DNA of 64,000 bases. Origin: Scyliorhinus canicula (lineage: Eukaryota). Under the pieces are notes generated by a model. That model was not told the DNA's origin, did no database searches, and was given only the letters and a program-made list of their open reading frames with translations. Location of the stretch: the NCBI RefSeq assembly GCF_902713615.1, contig NC_052147.1:182182267-182246266 (forward strand), read 5' to 3'. The translations under genes and the position numbers were made by a program. Positions within the stretch are counted from its first letter, which is position 1; the number at the start of each line of letters is the position of its first letter. This document shows, piece by piece, positions 55,851 through 64,000 of the stretch.

Positions 55851-56555
55851 GGACGGGATTCTCTCAACGGGCGGTGAAGTGCCGACGCTGGAGTTAAAAC
55901 GGGAGCATTTTACTCCGGCGTCTGTGCCCGCTCCGGGACCCCATTCTGCGGCCCACAGGGGGCTAGGACGGTGCTGGAGCGGCCTCCGCGGCCTCCCGGC
56001 CTGAACCCGGCACCGCGGGGTTCATGCATGCGCAGTTGAGCTGGCGCCAACTAGCGCATGCGCAGTTGGTCAGGCGGCAACTAATGCATGCGCAATGGCC
56101 TTCTTCCCCGAGGCGGCCCCGACGCCAAATGGCGTAGGGCTACAGGAGCCAGCACGGAGGAGAGGAGGCCGGGAGGCAGAGTGGCCAGCCCGCCGATCGG
56201 TGGGCCCCGACGCGGGCCAGGCCACAACAGATGCCCCTCCCCCCCCCCTGGGTCGGATCCCCCCCCCCTCCTCCCCCACAGGCCCCACCCGGACCCTGCA
56301 ACGCCGAGGTCCCGCCAGCCCACAGCAGGTTAGAACAGCACCGGCGGGACTCGTCTTTTTGTTGACGGCCACTCGGCCCATCCGGCCCGGAGAATCAGCG
56401 CGCCCGAGCAGAGAGTCGGCGCATACCCCGACCAAGCCGTGCCGACCAAGCCGGCGCCAATGGGGGCGATTCGCGCGGTACGATTCGACGTGGTACGATT
56501 CGCGCGGTGCCGTGCCGTTTCTCCGTCCCGACAGGAGGGTTGGAGAATTCCACCA
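55851..56555. mobile_element. GC-rich Harbinger-type MITE, TSD ATA
   Basis: TIRs GGACGGGATTCTC / GAGAATTCCACCA; ATA on both flanks; subterminal tandem repeats. Confidence 0.75.
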
Positions 56556-56635
56556 ATAGCTTCTATTTTTGGACTCCAAGAGGGAATATCTTTTCTAAGT
56601 CTACTGTATCTCAATTTTTTAAATCTCTAATAGGT

Positions 56636-56668
<33 letters not shown>

Positions 56669-57322
56669 CCCGACCTTTCTCTTTTCTAGAGAAAGGAGCT
56701 CCAGCCTTTTCAGCTTTTCCTGATTTTGTTTTATAGGATGTGAGTGTCACTGGCTGGGCCAGCATCTATTGCCCATCCTCAATTGCCCTCGAACTGATGG
56801 TGATATAATTCCAGCTTCTATTCCCAGTTCATGCTGAGTTCGCTGATCTTAATTGGGCTGGTAATACTAATGCCTCGAGTGTCTAAATTACATTTTAGAA
56901 ATAAAATCAATAAAAGTGCATAGATCAATAGTGACTCCTGACCTAAACTGCTTGAATTTGTAGCAAATGAATGAGAATGGGATCAGGCTCTGCTATGATG
57001 GTCTCCAATTAAACATCCCGCTGATTCTTAGAAGAATTGGAGGAACACTGGAGGACAGCTGGCACCCATGGGATAGATTCCAGCAAACAATCGATTTGCA
57101 TTTATTGCGTAAATAAGGGAAATTCACTCCATTTATTTATTTCAATCAGGAGGCAGATAAGATGTCTTTTTTGTGAAGCTAAGGATAAAGCAATACATCT
57201 CGGATTAAAACTATCGGATTCCACCTTCAACTGTACATCTGCCATCACGTGAAGTTACTGTGGCATTTATGTAAAAATATTGGCATGTTTTGAGATTCGC
57301 CACTAACCAGACAGCAAGCTAT

Positions 57323-58077
57323 TGTGGCCGAACGGCCACCTAAGATGGCGGTCCTGCAAAGGATGCTGGGAGAATTGGCCAAGTATAAACACAAGCAGGC
57401 TGCAGTTTAACTAAACATTGATGAGCAAGCTGCAGCTTAGGCATCACAATACAAAAGAAAAAGGCCATCTCCAGGCCACCCCAGCGACAATAGAAGCACA
57501 CCGTCAATCACAAATGTCTGCCAGACACAACAGCATCTATATTCGTTATTTGGAAAGCCTACATGTCCCTAACACTAATATACCTGGCCGGTGAGTGCAC
57601 AACCGGATTTGACTTGATCGATCAGGGCAATCGAACCCTGATCAGTTGATTGGTAATGACCCAGGGACCGCCCAAGAGGGCGCAAAACAAATAATACACG
57701 AAAGGTGCTGCACCACCTTAGAATCTCTCTCTGCAGCAGTGCGCAACAGCAACGGAACAACGGTGATCTTCACCAGCCATCACAAGGAGGACCATCAACA
57801 GAAGGAAGATCAGAGCCAGAGCATCAGACCAGATTGAGGACTACAGGAGCCGGCATACAGATAAAGGCTAATATCTGTCTGGGTACTTGCTAGTCACTCA
57901 AAGTTAAGTTAAGGTCTAGTATGAACTTTTAGTACTCTGTAGAATAACTTGTGTTCATGGTGTGATTGATTAACTGTAACATTGTGTGAGTGTGAATAAA
58001 CACTATTTGATTAAACAAGTCGATTCGCAGTCATTTGTCCAATGCATACAGGTTAAAGACACACCGTGGTAGCAACA
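57323..58077 (+). mobile_element. Solo LTR (TG...CA)
   Basis: Starts TGTGG, ends CAACA; flanks CTAT/CTCT (4-bp TSD, 1 mismatch); internal AATAAA near 57995; YY1-like AAGATGGCGG near 57340. Confidence 0.65.
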
Positions 58078-59045
58078 CTCTGGACTTGGAAGTCTGTTTT
58101 GCAAAACAAGGATCCAAAAATTCAATCACCCCTCAAACTAATTCAGAAATACCTCACAGACAAATACTGCAATTTTGGTGCATTAACAATTATGGTGTAT
58201 TAACAATTAAAGCACATTGATTAAAACACATTTCTAATCATAAGTGATGTTTCTACAAAATATTAACATGGATATATAGGCCTCCTACTTCATTCAAGGA
58301 ATAACTGGTTGCTCAATGATATTCGGGCTTGGAGGTTAAAACTATGAAGCCAGGCTGGGTAATTTGTCTTGCTTTCCTTCAAATATAGAAGATTGAGGGA
58401 TGATCTAAAAAATGTTAAAATACTTCAATAGGGTACAAACAGAGAAGCTATTGCCTCCGATATGGAATTACAAATGAGGGGAGGTAAATTTAAAATTGGA
58501 GCTGGGTCAATTTAGGAGAGAAATTAGGAAGCACAAAAAAGACACAAATTCGCTCCACAAAATGTCCATGGATGCTGGAACAATTACAGCTTTCAAGACT
58601 TGAGATTAATAGAGTTTTGTTAGGAATACGTATCACTGGATATTGAATTAAGATGAATAAATCTAATTCAAGTTTACAGATATGCCATAACTGAATGACA
58701 AAGCAGACTTGAAGGGTTGAATGATTGCTCCAGTTCCTATGTAATTCTATGTTCTTTGGGTATATGGAATTCCGACAAGACCCTCTATAAAAAATAGTAT
58801 TCCAATTCTTAATCTTCCAAAATGTGTAAAAATTATGATGACTCTAAAAAAATTGACCTGGCTTACATACCCATCATCTTAAGAGTCATCAGTTGGTTGG
58901 ATTGCTGGTTCATGATGCGGGTGATACCAACAGTGCAGGTTAAATTCCTGCAACTGCTGAGGTTATTCATGAAGGCCCCACCTTATCAGCCTTGCCCCTT
59001 GCCTCAGGTGCAGTGACCCTCAGGTTAATCAGCACCAGTCAATTC

Positions 59046-60404
59046 TGTGGTAAAATAACCAACTGCCTGAATTTTAAGCCTGATACAGAATTGGACACTT
59101 TAAATTAAGAACTGGAAAAATTAGCCACAGTCAGAAGCACAGACAGGCCTGGTGGGAAATCAAACAGCCAAACACGAGTACACTGGGAAGAGACAGATAG
59201 CTGGGCAAGTCTGGGCCTGTCATGTAAACAGGACATCGGAAGATAATCGGCCCCATTCAAATTGATTGATTGTTGTGGATTGACCAGATAAAGCCAGACT
59301 TTCTGGCACTTAGATTTCCTGCGGGATACGGTTACACACAGACAATGCACCTAAGGATGGACACCTGGCGGGGAGTTCCGGGCATTCTGAAAAGTTGCAA
59401 TTGGCAACTCTGTTGGGCGTTACGGCCCCGCCCAGTGACCTCATTGGCGGAGGGCCAGAGAAGCTTCTGGAAGTGCTTGAGGAGAGGGATAAGAAAGAGG
59501 CAACCAAACCATCCCCCCCAGTGAAGATTCAACACAAGAGGCCTCGGAGAACAGACAGATTAGGCGTGTGAGACCCACATTTGCAGATGAGGGTCCTGAG
59601 ACGACAAAGGCTCAGAGTATTAGACCCGCAGCTCAATCAAGTTCATCGGCACGGGTAGTATTAGAATCTTGGAAAAAGTATATTTGGGATATTTTGGGAG
59701 GATAATGGTTTTATTGTATTTGTTAATAAATTTGGGTTGCATCGTGAACCTGCGTTTGTCCTTTGTTCATCTCGCAGGCAAGGGCACCTTGGTAAAACAT
59801 TTTACCAATAATTTTGTCGAAGTGTCTGATAGTTTATGGCATCCCTGGGTGGGCTTCAATAAGAAGCGACCTAGTTGCTCGGAATTCGAACCCACCAACC
59901 TTGTAATCTCCGACATCAATCCTGAGCCTGAATTAAGAGGACAGGGATGGACAGGATTCAAGTGGAGTGAACAAGAGTACAGACATCGGAGCAGTAAATT
60001 GGGCCATAAACCCTGTGTCTGTAACACGTGGTGAACAAACTATGTAGTTAGAACTAGGATAGTCAAGGGAATTGGGTAAACTCTGTGGGAGGAAATTTAG
60101 TGAAAGCCGGGCCACTCTCCCGGTCGATTCCGACACACTCATGATGAACCTTAGGGAGAGAGAGAGAAAATATTAGAAATGGCAAGCCGTGCCAAATGGG
60201 AAGAAGTCTTAGGTGATATTGAACAGGAAATGGCCCAAATGGGTAGAATGGGGTAACAGCCCAAAATTGGATCTAGGATCCAAAGGGAAAAATTCTTGGA
60301 ACCACACCCAGAAAGAATTGAGCAGAGAGACTTTCAAGTTAGGTAAAGTGATTACAATCGCTAGTTGTATGGAGCAGCTCCCTGGAAGAGAGGTGGAGAG
60401 TTTA
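59046..60404 (+). mobile_element. LTR retroelement 5' part: LTR about 59046-60026, PBS-like TGG, gag-like start, cut by L1
   Basis: TGTGG...TGTAACA followed by CG-TGGTG; downstream Trp-rich ORF (KWPKWVEWG...IASCMEQL); splits a SINE at 59045. Confidence 0.55.
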
Positions 60405-63400
60405 ACATTTTTTTTTAAAAAAAATAATTTTTATTGAAATTTTTCGATACAAACATTTACCCCTACTACATTTTAAATTATAACACAACAAATCCCCCCT
60501 GGAAAATCCTCCCCACGTCCTCCCCCCGCGCGCACCCCCCCACCCTCCCCCCCCCCCCCCGCGCTACCAGTCTAGCAACCAAACCGTTTTTTCCCTTTCT
60601 GCCGATGGCCTCGGGCAGTCATTGCCCGCGACCCCCCGCTGACGTGCTCCCTTCGTTGCTATCCCCCCCCCCCCTCCCTTCCCCCCCCCCTTTCTCCCCG
60701 GGTTGCTGCTGTTTCGGCCTCCAGTTCCTATCTCTGATCCAGAAAGTCAAGGAAGGGCTGCCACCGCCGGAAGAACCCCTGTACCGACCCTCTCAGGGCG
60801 AATTTGATTCTTTCCAATTGGATGAAGCTTGCCATGTCGTTTAACCAGGTGTTAACACTTGGTGGCCTTGTGTCCCTCCACTGAATCAAGATCCTTCTCC
60901 GAGCTACCAAGGACGCAAAGGCCAATATTCCGGCCTCCCCTGCCTCCTGTACTCCTGGCTCCACCCCAACCCCAAAAATCGCTAGCCCCCACCCTGGTTT
61001 GACCCTGGTTCCCACCACTCTCGATACCGTCCCCGCCACCCCCTCCCAGAACTCTTCCAGTGCCGGGCACATCCAGAACATATGTACATGGTTCGCAGGG
61101 CTTCCCGAACACCTAACACACCTGTCCTCACCCCCGAAGAACCAACTCATCCTAGTCCCCGTCATATGGGCTCTGTGCAGCACCTTAAATTGGATGAGGC
61201 CCAACCTTGCGCACGACGACGACGAATTGACCCTCTCTAAGGCATCCGCCCATGTCCCATCTTCTATCTGCTCTCCCAGCTCCGCTTCCCACTTGTCTTT
61301 CAGCTCCTCTATCGATACCTCCTCCACCTCCTGCATTATTTTGTAGATGTCCGAGACCTTCCCTTCTCCGACCCAGACCCCTGACAGCACCCTATCACTC
61401 ACCCCTCTATCGGGAAGCAAGGGAAATCCTTCCACCTGTCGTCTGGCAAATGCCTTCACCTGCAGGTATCTAAACGTGTTCCCCGGGGGGAGCTCAAATT
61501 TCTCCTCCAGCTCTCCCAGGCTCGCAAACCTCCCCTCTATGAACATGTCACTCAGTTGCCTGATGCCCGCCCTGTGCCAGCTCTGGAATCCCCCGCCAGT
61601 GTTCCCCGGGACAAATCTGTGGTTCCCTCTCAGTGGCGCCGCCATCAGACCCCCCACTTCCCCCCTGTGTCGCCTCCACTGCCCCCAGATTTTAAGGGTG
61701 GCCGCCACTACCGGACTCGTGGTATACCTTGTGGGGGGGATCGGCCATGGTGCCGTTACTAGCGCCCCCAGGCTTGTATTGCCGCAGGACGCCCTCTCCA
61801 TACGTTTCCAAGCTGCCCCCTCCCCCTCCATCACCCACTTGCGCACCATCGATGCGTTCGCCGCCCAGTAGTATCCGGAAAGATTGGGTAGCGCTAATCC
61901 TCCACTGTCCCTACTCCGTTCCAAGAAAATCCTTCTCACTCTAGGGGTGCCATGTGCCCACACATAGCCCATAATGCTGCTAGTTACCTTCTTGAAGAAG
62001 GCCCTGGGGAGAAAGATGGGCAAGCACTGGAACAGAAACAAGAACCTCGGGAGGACCGTCATTTTGACTGACTGCACCCTCCCTGCTAGCGACAGCGGTA
62101 CCATGTCCCACCTCTTGAACTCCTCCTCCATCTGCTCCACCAGCCTTGAAAAGTTCAGCTTGTGGAGGGTCCCCCAGTTCCTTGCCACCTGCACCCCCAA
62201 GTACCTGAAGCTCTTTACTGCTCTCTTAAAGGGGAGCCGCCCAATTCCCTCCCCCTGACCTCCTGGGTGTATCACAAAGACCTCACTTTTACCCACATTT
62301 AATTTATATCCCGAAAAGTCCCCAAACTCCGCTAGTATTTCCATTACCTCCGGCATTCCCCCTTCCGGGTCCGCCACATATAACAACAAATCATCCGCAT
62401 AGAGTGATACCCGATGTTCCTCCCCTCCCCTTGTCAGTCCTCTCCACCCCCCTGAACCCCTCAGTGCCATCGCCAACGGTTCGATCGCTAATGCAAATAG
62501 TAAGGGGGATAGGGGGCATCCCTGCCTGGTACCTCGATGGAGCCCAAAATACTCTGACCTCCTCCCGTTTGTAACCACACTCGCCATCGGGGCCGAATAC
62601 AGCAGCTTCACCCACTTGATAAATCCCTCCCCAAACCCAAACCGTTCCAGCGTCTCCCACAGGTATTCCCACTCCACCCTATCGAATGCCTTCTCCGCAT
62701 CCAGTGCTACCACTATCTCAGCCTCCCCCCTCCACTGCTGGCATCATAATCACATTCAACAGTCTCCGGACATTTGTGTTAAGTTGTCGTCCCTTTACGA
62801 ACCCCGTCTGGTCCTCATGGATTACCCCTGGCACACAATCCTCTATTCTGGTTGCCAGGACCTTTGCCAACAGTTTGGCGTCTACATTCAAGAGGGAGAT
62901 AGGCCTGTAGGACCCGCACTGTACAGGGTCTTTGTCCCGCTTCAGGATCAAGGAGATCAGGGCCTGTGACATTGTCGGGGGCAGAACCCCCCCCTCTCGC
63001 GCCTCATTGAAGGCTCGCACCAGCACTGGACCCACCAAGTCCACATACTTCTTATAAAATTCCACCGGGAACCCATCCGGCCCCGGCGCCTTCCCCGCCT
63101 GCATCTGGCCTATCCCTTTAACTAGCTCCTGCAGCTCTAGCGCGCCCCCAGCCCCTCCACCCGTTCCTCCTGGACCTTTGGGAACCTCAATCTATCGAGG
63201 AAGTTCTCCATTCCCCCCCTCCTCCTGGGCGGCTCAGACCGGTACAATTCCCTGTAGAAATCCCTGAAGACCCCGTTCACCTCTTGCCCCTTCTGCACTA
63301 CGTTCCCTCCCTTCTCTCTCACTCCCCCAATCTCTCTGGCTGCATCTCGCTTGCGCAGCTGGTGTGCTAGCATCCTGCTCGCCTTTTCCCCGTACTCATA

Positions 63401-64000
63401 GACCGCGCCCTGTGCCCTTCTCCATTGCGTCTCCGCCTTCCTAGTGGTCAGTAGGTCAAACTGGGCCTGTAAACTGCGCCGCTCCCTCAACAGCCCCTCC
63501 TCTGGTGTCTCCGCATATCTCCTGTCCACTTCTATAAGTTCCCCCACCAGTCCTCTCCCTCTCCTGCCTCTCCTTCCTTTCTCTGTGTGCCCTTATGGAG
63601 ATCAGCTCTCCTCTGATCACTGCTTTCAGGGCCTCCCAGACTACCCCCACCTTCACCTCGCCCGTGTCGTTCGTGCCCAGATATCTCTCAATGCCCTTCC
63701 GGACCCTTCCGCACACCTCATCGTCCGCCAGCAGCCCCACATCCAGGCGCCACAACGGGCGCTGGTCCCGTGCTTCCCCCAGTTCTACCTCTACCCAGTG
63801 TGGTGCATGGTCCGAAATCGCAATGGCCGAGTACTCCGTGTCCTGCACTCTCGAAATCAGCCCCCTGCTCAGTACAAAAAAGTCTATTCTGGAGTACACC
63901 CTGTGGACGTGGGAGAAAAAAGAATACTCCCTCGCCCTTGGCCTGCCAAATCTCCAAGGGTCTACCCCCCCCATCTGCTCCATGAACCCCCTTAGCACCT
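60405..64000 (-). mobile_element. Younger L1-clade LINE, ORF2 and 3' UTR (runs off the window end)
   Basis: YSRIDFF/SDH endonuclease end, [28 protein letters not shown]...HMFWMC zinc knuckle; ORF2 broken into 4 pieces at G/C runs; poly(A)-type end near 60410. Confidence 0.95.

Noticed and set aside
55851-56555. CpG island promoter of MFSD6
   Set aside because: It is bounded by TIRs and a TSD and resembles the 45129 and 50434 copies, so it is a MITE. The real 5' exon was not identified in the window.

Overview
Vertebrate genomic DNA, most likely a shark (inferred from HE1/V-SINE-type SINEs, CR1/L1/Penelope/Harbinger repeats and long G/C homopolymers). Two convergent genes are present. On + are the last two coding exons of NEMP2 (3566-3727, 9420-9615). 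On - is the complete six-exon CDS of MFSD6 (53352 to 14439); all junctions are GT-AG and phase-compatible, but the large first coding exon carries a 1-nt frameshift. The rest is mostly nested transposons: a near full-length CR1 LINE, two large L1 elements, decayed PIF/Harbinger genes and their GC-rich MITEs, LTRs, a Penelope-like hairpin and more than 12 SINE copies. The best leads are a U_UUA_AAC slippery heptamer at the CR1 ORF1/ORF2 junction, a 72-bp hairpin with hammerhead-like cores, a near-perfect 142-bp inverted templated duplication, the MFSD6 frameshift and a palindromic poly(A) signal where the two 3' UTRs meet. No unambiguous novel multi-gene system was found. Repeat family names are by recognition, not database search, and repeat boundaries are approximate unless a TSD is given.
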